The position numbers and the translations under genes are program-made. A stretch of 60,919 nucleotides of DNA from NCBI GenBank assembly GCA_030587475.2, contig JAUQYZ020000258.1:1-60919 (forward strand), in the 5' to 3' direction. This stretch comes from Candidatus Sigynarchaeum calidifontis (GTDB lineage: Archaea > Asgardarchaeota > Lokiarchaeia > Sigyniarchaeales > Sigyniarchaeaceae). Under the pieces are notes generated by a model. The model was not told the origin of the DNA. It ran no database searches and was given only the letters and a program-made list of their open reading frames with translations. Of the stretch, positions 10,331 to 19,397 are shown in pieces; the stretch's first letter is position 1; each line of letters opens with the position of its first letter.

Positions 10331-10891
10331 ATGTCGAGTGCATATGATTATATTTGGAAAGTGGTCGTTGGCGGACAAGGTGGTGTTGGAAAAACGACCA
10401 TTCTCTACCGGTTCATTCATAACGAATTTCTCGAGGACACGAAGCTCACGGTCGGTGTCCAATTCCACACGCAAGCCCTCGAACGCCAATCTCGCAAGAT
10501 CTCCCTCGTGCTGTGGGATCTTGGCGGGCAAGAGCGCTTCCGGTTCATCCAGCCCGAATATGTCAAGGGGGCTGTTGGCTGTTTCGTTTGCTTCGACATG
10601 AGCCGGTTCATGACACTCGAATCCACGCGTGAATGGATTGACATGTTCCGGCAGAACGCGCCCAATGCACCCATCGTCATCGTCGGCACCAAGCTTGACC
10701 TCATCGATGAAAACGAGCAGTTGAACATCATGAACGCCGCCAACCAGCTCGTCGCCGAGACCGGTTGCCTCGCTTTCATTCCGACCTCGTCCAAGCTTGG
10801 CATCAACGTGAACGAGACCGTGTACTACATGGTCGACACGTTACTATACAACGCGTACTATGGCTCTCAAGGTGCGGTTGCACAGCAGTAG
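10331..10891 (+). CDS. Rab-like small GTPase (Ras superfamily)
   Basis: G1 GQGGVGKT, G2 TVG, G3 WDLGGQERF, G4 TKLD, G5 TSSK. Confidence 0.93.
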   Translation: MSSAYDYIWKVVVGGQGGVGKTTILYRFIHNEFLEDTKLTVGVQFHTQALERQSRKISLVLWDLGGQERFRFIQPEYVKGAVGCFVCFDMSRFMTLESTREWIDMFRQNAPNAPIVIVGTKLDLIDENEQLNIMNAANQLVAETGCLAFIPTSSKLGINVNETVYYMVDTLLYNAYYGSQGAVAQQ

Positions 10892-11027
10892 TTTCTTTTT
10901 GTCGGCGTGCATCGAAATGATTCTTTTTGTTAATTGAATTAAATTAACAAGTTTAACATAGCTTTCTTTCGTTTCGATACGTTTTCGGTACTGAAAAATG
11001 CAAAATAATGAAAAGAATGCGAGTGGA

Positions 11028-11675
11028 TCAGCTGTACACGAGCATCTTTTTCTTGATGAGCACCGATTCTGCCCAGTAACCGAGGATCGTGAAAAAAACG
11101 CCCGCGATGGTCGTGCAAAACACGCCGAGCGGTGCCGCGAGGATTACTGCCTCGTTTTCGACAGCATCCGACACACCAAAGATCACGAGTAAAACGACGA
11201 GGCCACCAATACAAGCAAGCCCGATATACAAGAGACACATTAACTTTTCAACCATTTCTCCGATCAACTTTCCCGCGACGATGAGAACCCCGCTACCTGC
11301 GGACAACAAGGCGACACCAATGGACCATCCTGCAAGATCCCAGAATTTATCTGGCTTTTCCATGACACTCAAATTGATAATAAAATTGATCGTCCCGGCT
11401 ATGCCCAGCGCGCCGACCGCACAGACGACGATCCAGCCGAGCATCTTGGTTCTTTTTTGCAGCGCCCACATGATCTTCGCCATCAAGAAATAGAGCCCCG
11501 CGGCAGCAAGGCATAAAACGGCCGTGATTACCAAGATCGGTTCGCCGTAATGGAAAGCAGGAATCGCGTACCATGCAGCATACCCCGCGAGCATGAACGC
11601 GGTAACTATGCCAACCACGTTCGCGACGAGCCGGATCTTCATTTCTTTTGGCATGAGCATCTTCATGTTTTTCAT
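11028..11675 (-). CDS. Integral membrane hypothetical protein (about 6 TM)
   Basis: Alternating hydrophobic helices; fills the gap between neighbours. Confidence 0.7.
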   Translation of the reverse strand: MKNMKMLMPKEMKIRLVANVVGIVTAFMLAGYAAWYAIPAFHYGEPILVITAVLCLAAAGLYFLMAKIMWALQKRTKMLGWIVVCAVGALGIAGTINFIINLSVMEKPDKFWDLAGWSIGVALLSAGSGVLIVAGKLIGEMVEKLMCLLYIGLACIGGLVVLLVIFGVSDAVENEAVILAAPLGVFCTTIAGVFFTILGYWAESVLIKKKMLVYS

Positions 11676-11776
11676 CTCGTTTCATGGCGCCGCAACGCAG
11701 CTCCTCGCGACCGCGCCATCATATCAAGCTCCATCGCTGTGCTATTTTAACCTATACTTTGAAACGTGAATTTGTA

Positions 11777-12850
11777 TCATGCGAACGCATGGCCCCACCC
11801 CAAGATGCGCAGCCTGCCAGAGAATTTCTCCAGCATCACGACTATTGCCCAGTTACAATTGTCGCCGAATGCTATCCGCTTCTCGGTCTTAAACGTGACG
11901 GTGCCCTCCTCGTTCGGTTTGAGCATGCCTGCCTCGCTTCCGCCCTCGATCTTGACCGGCACCGCACCGATCACCTGATGCTCGATGGCAACGTGGTACA
12001 ACTGCTTTTCCTTCACGTCCATGGCCTTCTTGGAGAATTTCGATAAGCGGAACTTTATCTTGAATTCTTGGTAGGCTTTCATGCTACCCTTGGTCACGAA
12101 CATGTTATCGCGGGAGATCTCCTCCGATTTAAGCCCCTTGATGGCGAGTCCAACCCGGTCGCCGCGTCCCGCGGCTTTCTGGTCGATGTCTTGCATTTGG
12201 ATGGACTTGATGATCACGTTCTTGAATTCGGTGGCATCGGTGAACTCGAGCATATCGTTGGCATTGAACGTGCCCGATTTAACGACCCCAAGGACGACCG
12301 TGCCGACCCCCTTTACCGTGAAAGCAGCGTCGATGAGCACGCGCACGTCGTTGCTCCTCGGCACGGGAATCCTTCCAGCGAGCGATATAATCATCTGCTT
12401 GAACGCGGGCAAATCCTTCTCCAGGTCACGCATGACGATCACGTCGGTCACTTTATCCTTGAGTGACGTGTTCTTGATGATTTGAAGCAGTTTTGTCTTC
12501 AAATCATCCACGGCGTACTCGTTAGCCTTCGTGATCCCGGCAATCATGACGAGCGGGATGGTATCGGGATGGCATTCCATGGCGACGATCATTTCGCCCA
12601 TCAACGCATCGAGCTTGTCGTCCGGTGTCACGAGCAGCACCTGGAAGTCTCCGATGTTCAAGCATTGCAAGAGCGTCTTGAGCTTGTCCGGGTATCCTTG
12701 CGGGGCGACCGTGATGAACACGTTTTCCCCTTCCATGCCGTCATAGAACACCATGTCCGTGTCGCTCGCCTTCTTGCCAAAATATTCGCCGATCTTCTTG
12801 GCGATCGTGTCGGAATGTGTCGTGATGAAGGATATCGAATAATGTTTCAT
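11777..12850 (-). CDS. SelB-like / EF-Tu-like protein with degenerate G domain (archaeal SelBL type)
   Basis: Domain II motif IDAAFTVKGVGTVVLGVV, IKSIQMQD, GDRVGLAIKG; no GxxxxGKT P-loop. Start probably MKHYS at 12850. Confidence 0.8.
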   Translation of the reverse strand: MKHYSISFITTHSDTIAKKIGEYFGKKASDTDMVFYDGMEGENVFITVAPQGYPDKLKTLLQCLNIGDFQVLLVTPDDKLDALMGEMIVAMECHPDTIPLVMIAGITKANEYAVDDLKTKLLQIIKNTSLKDKVTDVIVMRDLEKDLPAFKQMIISLAGRIPVPRSNDVRVLIDAAFTVKGVGTVVLGVVKSGTFNANDMLEFTDATEFKNVIIKSIQMQDIDQKAAGRGDRVGLAIKGLKSEEISRDNMFVTKGSMKAYQEFKIKFRLSKFSKKAMDVKEKQLYHVAIEHQVIGAVPVKIEGGSEAGMLKPNEEGTVTFKTEKRIAFGDNCNWAIVVMLEKFSGRLRILGWGHAFA

Positions 12851-13214
12851 GAGCTGCTCATTCCCGCGTGAGATCAAAGCGTTCAATGTGGCCCCGCATT
12901 TCTTGATATCGTCGTCCTGGATCATGTCACCAATACGCAAATCCACTTTTCAGGCTGCAAGCATCAATGCTTGCCGTCATGGAAAACATGATCACACAAT
13001 ATTATTCTCCAATGGCCACTCCAGCAAAATATTGGGAAGTTGCACGGCTTGCAAATAATTATCGTTAGAGCAACATGTTAGGTTCCAGATCGGGCATTTT
13101 ATATCCATATTTGCCATCACCCCGGCTATAATCGGCCATGTCAACCTTTTAAACGTCACGAGGGTAATTTTTCTATGAAAGCCGTCTCGTATACCGGAAT
13201 CAGATGATATCAAA

Positions 13215-13541
13215 ATGGTGAAAAACATCAATGGGAAGGCCGAATTCGATGCGGCGACAAAAGCTGCTAAAGTCGTCTTGATCGATTTCACCGCGACGTG
13301 GTGCGGGCCTTGCCGCGCCCTGGGGCCAATTTTAGAACAGATAGCCACGGAATATCCACCTGACCAAGTTCAGATCTTCAAGGTCGACGTTGACGAGAAC
13401 CACGATCTCTCCAACAAGTTCGCCATCACCGCGGTGCCTGCCGTTGGCATTTTCAAGGATGGCAAGATGCAAGGTGGTCTGGTCATCGGATTGCGACAGA
13501 AATCCGACTATAAAACTGCAATCGACAAGTTACTAAAATAG
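13215..13541 (+). CDS. trxA: Thioredoxin
   Basis: DFTATWCGPC, KVDVDE, AVP cis-Pro. Confidence 0.95.
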   Translation: MVKNINGKAEFDAATKAAKVVLIDFTATWCGPCRALGPILEQIATEYPPDQVQIFKVDVDENHDLSNKFAITAVPAVGIFKDGKMQGGLVIGLRQKSDYKTAIDKLLK

Positions 13542-13662
13542 CTGTTGTTTTTTCCTCTTTTTTCTCGTAATAATGCGAGATCTCTCTATCGTGCGATTCT
13601 ACCTTTCCAATACTTGTTGAAAGTTTTTATGAACCAAGCACGATCCGTGACACGACGACGGC

Positions 13663-14835
13663 ATGGCAGCCACGATAGATGCGTTCATGGCAGCGGCCAA
13701 GGCGGATGGCGAGATCCGCATTGCGCGCATCCACGCCCTTGCAAAGCGGTTATGGCACGATGGGAGGCTTACGCCTGTTGATCTCCAAGCGAAATGCATG
13801 GCTGCATGGGATAACATCGCGGAAAATATCGGTTCGAGGATAGTGCCACTCGTGCCCGTACGCGAAAACCAAGCAGTTACAGACGTGATCTTCGGATCTG
13901 GCAGTTTCTCGACCGGCGCATTCCAGGCCGCGCAATTCAAGGTTGTCGAGCAATACGCAAAGCATTCTCCGGTCAAACTCGCCGGCATCGTCGCTAACAA
14001 GGTTAAAGCAGCCGGCTGCAACGCGAGCGTCGTCGCCGGCGATCACGGGGTTCCCCTCGCCGAGTTGGACTTCTCCGCCTGGTACCGAGAGCACGTCGAC
14101 AAGGCCGAACCCAATCCCGTTGCCGCGTCCCGGTATTGGTTTCCCAAGGACGACCCTGCGCGCCCTGACCATCGAGAGATCTCGAAGCGATTCGCCATCC
14201 GGCAAGTCCAGTACCATGCTGCACTCGGAGAACGCATCGCGGAAGCCATTGGTGTGCCGATTGACATCGCTTCGGCTCGTGGCTACAGCTTTCAATTTTG
14301 CAGTGCCATGTTCAAGCAGCAATCGCGCAATCCACATGTCAACGACACGCATCCCGCGGATCTCACCTTCGTCGATCCAGAAACGAAGGCCAAGCTTTAC
14401 CCCGGCTGGCAATCTGGAGCCATCCAGCTCATGATGCGGGATAAGCACGCGCGGTTTCGCGGCAGTCTTATCGAGGTCGGTTTCATGGATCGCGTCGAGC
14501 AAGTCGACGAGCTCGACGAGGGAGCCTTGCTTGCTATAGGAGGTGGTATTGCTCCGGACGCGTCGATCTCGTGCACTGCGGATCAGGTTCAAGCTGCCAT
14601 GAAGCTCGTCGACGATTACCTGTTCTGCACGATCGAGCCGACCGGACTCATTCTCGCGTGGGGAATCACTGATAAACCCGTTCCCGTTATGTTTCAAGAC
14701 TTGAAGGGCCACGACGTGGTGGTTCGGCAGCGAGCGATCGTGGTAGGTAACGAGATCCGTGCCGGTAGAAACGCCTGGGGGCGCGATTTCGATGCTGATC
14801 TGGAGCGGCTAGAGTCCTTTCTCTTGAAAAAATAA
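13663..14835 (+). CDS. Divergent formyltransferase (PurN/GAR transformylase-like) protein
   Basis: IFGSGSFS loop, VNDTHPADL (cf. NIHPxLL), LDEG (cf. LDxG); much longer than PurN. Confidence 0.55.
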   Translation: MAATIDAFMAAAKADGEIRIARIHALAKRLWHDGRLTPVDLQAKCMAAWDNIAENIGSRIVPLVPVRENQAVTDVIFGSGSFSTGAFQAAQFKVVEQYAKHSPVKLAGIVANKVKAAGCNASVVAGDHGVPLAELDFSAWYREHVDKAEPNPVAASRYWFPKDDPARPDHREISKRFAIRQVQYHAALGERIAEAIGVPIDIASARGYSFQFCSAMFKQQSRNPHVNDTHPADLTFVDPETKAKLYPGWQSGAIQLMMRDKHARFRGSLIEVGFMDRVEQVDELDEGALLAIGGGIAPDASISCTADQVQAAMKLVDDYLFCTIEPTGLILAWGITDKPVPVMFQDLKGHDVVVRQRAIVVGNEIRAGRNAWGRDFDADLERLESFLLKK

Positions 14836-14841
14836 CGTTGG

Positions 14842-15879
14842 TCACGACAAGTATCCCAGGAGCTCCGTGATCTCGGCCGGTTTCCACGGCGACGCATCCG
14901 CGAAAAGCGGGTGCCGTTTCAAGGAGAACTGCAAGGATTTCCAGTCGATGCCTTTGCAAGCAATGCTCCCGACATCGTGAGTTCCCAACCCCCGTTCCCC
15001 CGCCCGTAACACGTATTGGAACGAATCGAGCGGCATGCCCGCGATAGCTGCGCATGTCGCGTCGATAGCGACCGGATCTGTACTTGCGATGGCGAACCCG
15101 CCGATCCCGGTGCATGTATGCCCGCGCCTTGGACCGGCGCCTTCCATGACCGTTGAGCCATCGATGACGGCGAGATCCGGGACGCGGCACGTCGCGAGCC
15201 GGACAAGATTGGCCGCGAGGGCGACCTTGCTGGGACCGATGTTTTGCTCCCTGGATAGCTCGTGCGGCTTCTTGTTGCCGAAACCGTGCATATACCCTTT
15301 CACGTCGCCGCGGCGGATGATGGCCGATTCGCCGTGGTACCGGGCTGCGTTGAGCGTTCCCATGATGTTTTTTAAACAAAGGGTCAAGCCGAGCACGTCG
15401 TGGGTCTTGAATTTCGCAGCACTCACCAAAAATGAATCGATGGCGATCTTAGCGATGCCCAGTTCGATTGGTCGTGGTGTCTCGTGATTGATGATACGGA
15501 ACCATTTCCCCGCATCGTCATCGTGCAGGTCGACAAGGCCCCACGTGTCCTTGTGTGCCGAGTAGCCATGATTTTCTAGTGCAAGCATCGTTGATGGCTT
15601 GTGTTTCGATTCATAGGTGGTTCCATCGCCTACCATGATCTTGTATGATGTTATTTCCTTGAAAAAATCGGCGATTCCAAGACATGTCTCGACTGACGTG
15701 TTACATGCAAAATTGGTGTCGGTAGAGAGTAGATTCGGCTTTATCAAGACCCGCTTTTGTCCACCGGCACGCTCCCAATGGTCGAGGGCAGCGATAATCT
15801 CATTCCGGATCAAGTCTAAAGTATTATGAATAGCAACTCGCGGGTCATTATTTTTCGAGATAGCGAGCGTTGCTGGCAT
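14842..15879 (-). CDS. DUF362 domain protein
   Basis: VLIKPNL, VGDG, AKFKTH, TLCLKNIMG, VIDG..MEGAGP, DPVAID. Start probably MPATL at about 15879. Confidence 0.85.
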   Translation of the reverse strand: MPATLAISKNNDPRVAIHNTLDLIRNEIIAALDHWERAGGQKRVLIKPNLLSTDTNFACNTSVETCLGIADFFKEITSYKIMVGDGTTYESKHKPSTMLALENHGYSAHKDTWGLVDLHDDDAGKWFRIINHETPRPIELGIAKIAIDSFLVSAAKFKTHDVLGLTLCLKNIMGTLNAARYHGESAIIRRGDVKGYMHGFGNKKPHELSREQNIGPSKVALAANLVRLATCRVPDLAVIDGSTVMEGAGPRRGHTCTGIGGFAIASTDPVAIDATCAAIAGMPLDSFQYVLRAGERGLGTHDVGSIACKGIDWKSLQFSLKRHPLFADASPWKPAEITELLGYLS

Positions 15880-15926
15880 GGAGACACCTCGAAGCATCTT
15901 TTCATTATAAAAAAAACGAACGCTTG

Positions 15927-16505
15927 TCACAAAAGCGATTTTATGTCTTTATCTAATTGCATGATACGATAGCGTGATTTTAATAAGAATGGGGTCTTTC
16001 CGTGCTTCTTGAACCATCGAGAAAACCGCTTTTTCACGCTCACTTGCATCGTCCCGACAGCGTGCTTGTCTGCAAAACAAACGATCTTTTCCTCGATGCT
16101 CTGGGGCATGAGAGAAACATTGATGTCCTTGGCGTTGCCGGGGAACTCGCGTTTGATGTCATCGACGGTAAACCCGCCCAACACGTGTACAAGGGCACAG
16201 CGGGCAACACGCTCGTCCACCTTTGCATCCATCAAGACCTGGTATCCTCTATACCCGTGATCGAGACCGTGGGACTTGATCCGGCCGATATCATGTAGCA
16301 AGGCTCCTGCTTCGACCACGCGCGCGTCAATTTTCACGTTCGGATCGCGCTCGTTGATTTTTCTCACGAATTCCATGGCGATATCCTTGACGACTATGCA
16401 ATGATCCTTGATACCATCCGGTAATCCCCATTTCGACATCAAGTCGAGAATCTCATCGTTAGTCGGAATACGGTTCCCAAAATCGAACCTGGTTTTCTCC
16501 GCCAT
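15927..16505 (-). CDS. HD/HDIG domain phosphohydrolase
   Basis: H...GALLHDIGR, HG, H, EEKIVCFADK. Confidence 0.9.
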   Translation of the reverse strand: MAEKTRFDFGNRIPTNDEILDLMSKWGLPDGIKDHCIVVKDIAMEFVRKINERDPNVKIDARVVEAGALLHDIGRIKSHGLDHGYRGYQVLMDAKVDERVARCALVHVLGGFTVDDIKREFPGNAKDINVSLMPQSIEEKIVCFADKHAVGTMQVSVKKRFSRWFKKHGKTPFLLKSRYRIMQLDKDIKSLL

Positions 16506-16579
16506 CGGAACTCCACCTTCTAGAAATGGTCATCTGAATTAATTAGTTTCTTTTCTTTTCACAGCATGGCATTGAAACG

Positions 16580-17503
16580 ATGAAACCCTCATTTATAAAA
16601 CCGAATTGCGCTCCATGCCTTGTCGAGACCGCCTTGAAGTTCTTGAAAGCAGGCGTGGATGGCAAGGACAGCGATGTGATCATTATTGAAGGCATGAAGA
16701 GAGCTTTGAGCATCATCCAGCAGCAGTTTTCAAAAAATGGCTACACATTCGAGATAGGGAATATGGTCGCCCGAGATATCGCTGCGTTCTTGAAAAATGA
16801 GGACATTTTCAAGGATGTCAAGGTTCGTAGCAACGAGCTGTGCATGTCGATGTATCCGGTTCTTCAGACGCGGCTAGATTCATTGTCATCGATCGACGCG
16901 CAGCTCGATTTCGCGATCGCAGCGTCGGTTGCTGGAAATATAATCGACGTTGGAACAGCGGGACACGACTTCTCGCTTCGTGCCGATGAGATCTTCAAGG
17001 TCATCGATGATATCCAGTGCAAGGGGTATGCAATCGATCAACGGGTGCAGCTTAAAGAGGTTCTGGCTGATCCAAATACCCGTGACGTTCTCTTCATGCT
17101 CGACAACGCCGGTGAGATCGTTTTCGACAAGCTGCTTATCAGCTTGCTTAAAGCTCGCGGCAAACACGTGTCGTGCATGGTGCGTGGAAAGCCAATAGCC
17201 AATGACGCCACGAAAAAGGATTTGATAGACACCGGCATCGACGTGCTCTGCGATCATGTCATCGAAACCAGCATCGCCTCTCTTGGTTATGATCCCCGAG
17301 AGAACTCGAAAGAGGTCAACGACCAGGTGAACAACAAGGATTTGATCCTCGCGAAAGGCCAAGCGAATCTCGAGACCGTGTCGACATTCATCGACGAGAT
17401 CGCGGCAAGACACGTGTTTCTCATCGTCCGGGTGAAATGCGCGACCGTGGCAGCCTTCCAGGGCGTCAACGTGGGCGATAACATCGTGCGCCAGTTGCGA
17501 TGA
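16580..17503 (+). CDS. DUF89/ARMT1-like damage-control phosphatase
   Basis: N-terminal CAPC, GNIID, LDNAGEIVFD, PIANDAT, AKGQANLE, KC. Confidence 0.9.
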   Translation: MKPSFIKPNCAPCLVETALKFLKAGVDGKDSDVIIIEGMKRALSIIQQQFSKNGYTFEIGNMVARDIAAFLKNEDIFKDVKVRSNELCMSMYPVLQTRLDSLSSIDAQLDFAIAASVAGNIIDVGTAGHDFSLRADEIFKVIDDIQCKGYAIDQRVQLKEVLADPNTRDVLFMLDNAGEIVFDKLLISLLKARGKHVSCMVRGKPIANDATKKDLIDTGIDVLCDHVIETSIASLGYDPRENSKEVNDQVNNKDLILAKGQANLETVSTFIDEIAARHVFLIVRVKCATVAAFQGVNVGDNIVRQLR

Positions 17504-18043
17504 TTATTTCCTGGCAAGTTGTTTCTTGAGCAGCGAGATGGCACCCCCCGCGTGCAAGATCTGCATGATAAAAACCGGTAACGGCTGGAGCAAGCATTTT
17601 TTTTTTGATCGAGCGTTCGTGATGACTATGGGGTCGAGCGTGTAGACCACGGGATCCGATGTCTTGAATGACGTGTAGTCTTCACGCTCGATGATGATGG
17701 CGGGCAGACCGATGTTGATCGCGTTGCGATAAAAAATGCGAGCAAACGAGCATGCAAATATAGCACCCACACCAAGAAGTTTCAACAAGTACGGGGCTTG
17801 TTCACGGGAACTGCCACACCCGAAATTGTTTCCGGCGATGATCACGTCTCCCGGCTTCACATTTCTTGCGAAATCATTTCCAAACCGCTCGAACACGTGG
17901 ATGGACAAGCTTTCCATGTCCCGGATCTCAAGGAACTTGCCGGCGATGATGTCATCGGTCGAAACGTCATTTCCCATCACCCAGGCAGTGCCCTTGTTCT
18001 CCCCGTCGAAAGAGATCTTCCATTCCCGTGTCTTGTTTGCCAT
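17504..18043 (-). CDS. 3-isopropylmalate dehydratase/homoaconitase small subunit (LeuD/HacB family)
   Basis: DVSTDDII, NFGCGSSREQA, SFARIFYRNAINIG. Confidence 0.9.
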   Translation of the reverse strand: MANKTREWKISFDGENKGTAWVMGNDVSTDDIIAGKFLEIRDMESLSIHVFERFGNDFARNVKPGDVIIAGNNFGCGSSREQAPYLLKLLGVGAIFACSFARIFYRNAINIGLPAIIIEREDYTSFKTSDPVVYTLDPIVITNARSKKKCLLQPLPVFIMQILHAGGAISLLKKQLARK

Positions 18044-18047
18044 GGCT

Positions 18048-19307
18048 TCATGCTCCTCTGGGATCTGTTATTTCCCCATGCACCGCAGAGGCCATCGCGG
18101 TCGCGGGTGATGCGAGGTATATCTCCGCGTTGTAGGCACCCATGCGCCCGGGGAAGTTCCGGTTCGACGTGCTCAGGCACACCTCGCCCGGGCCGAGCAA
18201 GCCCATGTGTCCGCCCATGCAAGGACCACACGTCGGATATTCAACGATCGCACCTGCCTTGATGAATTGGGCGATGAGTCCCTTCTCCAGTGCGTTTTCA
18301 TACACCGCCCGCGAAGCGGGAATGATGATACACCTCACATGTTCGTGGATACTCCTCCCTTTCAAGACAGATGCGGCCAATTGCAAATCATCGAGGCGGC
18401 CGTTCGTGCATGACCCGATGAAGACCTGGTCCACCGCTTTACCCGCGAGTTCAGATACCGGCTTCACGTTCGATGGCGACGGGGGTGCTGCGATGAGAGG
18501 TTCGACGCGGCGCAAGTCGATGGCGACTTCTCGCTCGTATGCAGCGCCAGGATCCGGGAGAACCGTCTTGTAACCGGTCAAGCCGTGTTCAGCGAGCCAG
18601 CCATCGAGTACCTTGTCCGGCTCGAAGATCACGCATTTAGCCCCCATTTCAACGCCCATGTTCCCTATCGTGAACCGCCCCGACATCGGCAATGCACCCG
18701 GTACTTTCAAGCCGATTTCTAGCGCCTTGTAATTCAAGCCTTCGGTACCAAACATGCCCAGCATCTGAAGTGCAACGTCCTTTCCCGTGCACAGCGCGGG
18801 TAATTCTCCAGCCAGTTCGACCCGCACGGTGTTTGGTACCTTGAACCAATTCGTTCCTCTTGCCAATATTACCGTCGCATCTGTTGCGCCGATGCCCGTG
18901 GAAAAACAATTCAACGCCCCGTAGGTCGTCGTGTGACTATCGGAACCAACAATGAACATGCCTGGCATGACGAATCCACTCTCGGGCACTGCCACGTGGC
19001 ATATTCCCGCTGTCATGCCAAGGTCATGCTTGATGCCGTGCTGTTTGACGAACCGGCGGTATTCTTGGTGAATGACAGCGACCTTTTCTGATGGGGCGGG
19101 TATCCAGTGATCGAGCACTGTCACGATCTTCGATGGATCCCAGACCTTCTCCAGCCCTGCTTCTCGAGCGATCCGGGCAATCTGGTCGCCGAGCATCTCG
19201 TGCATCATGAGAAGATCAACGCTGCATTCAACAATCTCACCTGCTGCGGCTGAGCTTCCCTTTACATTATGGCGGGCAAATATCTTCTCGACAATGGTTC
19301 CGGGCAT
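18048..19307 (-). CDS. 3-isopropylmalate dehydratase/homoaconitase large subunit (LeuC/HacA family)
   Basis: TIVEKI, DH, GICH, GSDSHT, IGSCTNGR, CGPCMG, STSNRNF. Start MPGTI at 19307. Confidence 0.92.
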   Translation of the reverse strand: MPGTIVEKIFARHNVKGSSAAAGEIVECSVDLLMMHEMLGDQIARIAREAGLEKVWDPSKIVTVLDHWIPAPSEKVAVIHQEYRRFVKQHGIKHDLGMTAGICHVAVPESGFVMPGMFIVGSDSHTTTYGALNCFSTGIGATDATVILARGTNWFKVPNTVRVELAGELPALCTGKDVALQMLGMFGTEGLNYKALEIGLKVPGALPMSGRFTIGNMGVEMGAKCVIFEPDKVLDGWLAEHGLTGYKTVLPDPGAAYEREVAIDLRRVEPLIAAPPSPSNVKPVSELAGKAVDQVFIGSCTNGRLDDLQLAASVLKGRSIHEHVRCIIIPASRAVYENALEKGLIAQFIKAGAIVEYPTCGPCMGGHMGLLGPGEVCLSTSNRNFPGRMGAYNAEIYLASPATAMASAVHGEITDPRGA

Positions 19308-19397
19308 GGTCGCTGGTTGCAAGATCATCTCCCGTCCACTTAAACTAATCCCTTTCATTAGGTTGCATGGACATTACCAGACGCAATCGTGACACCC

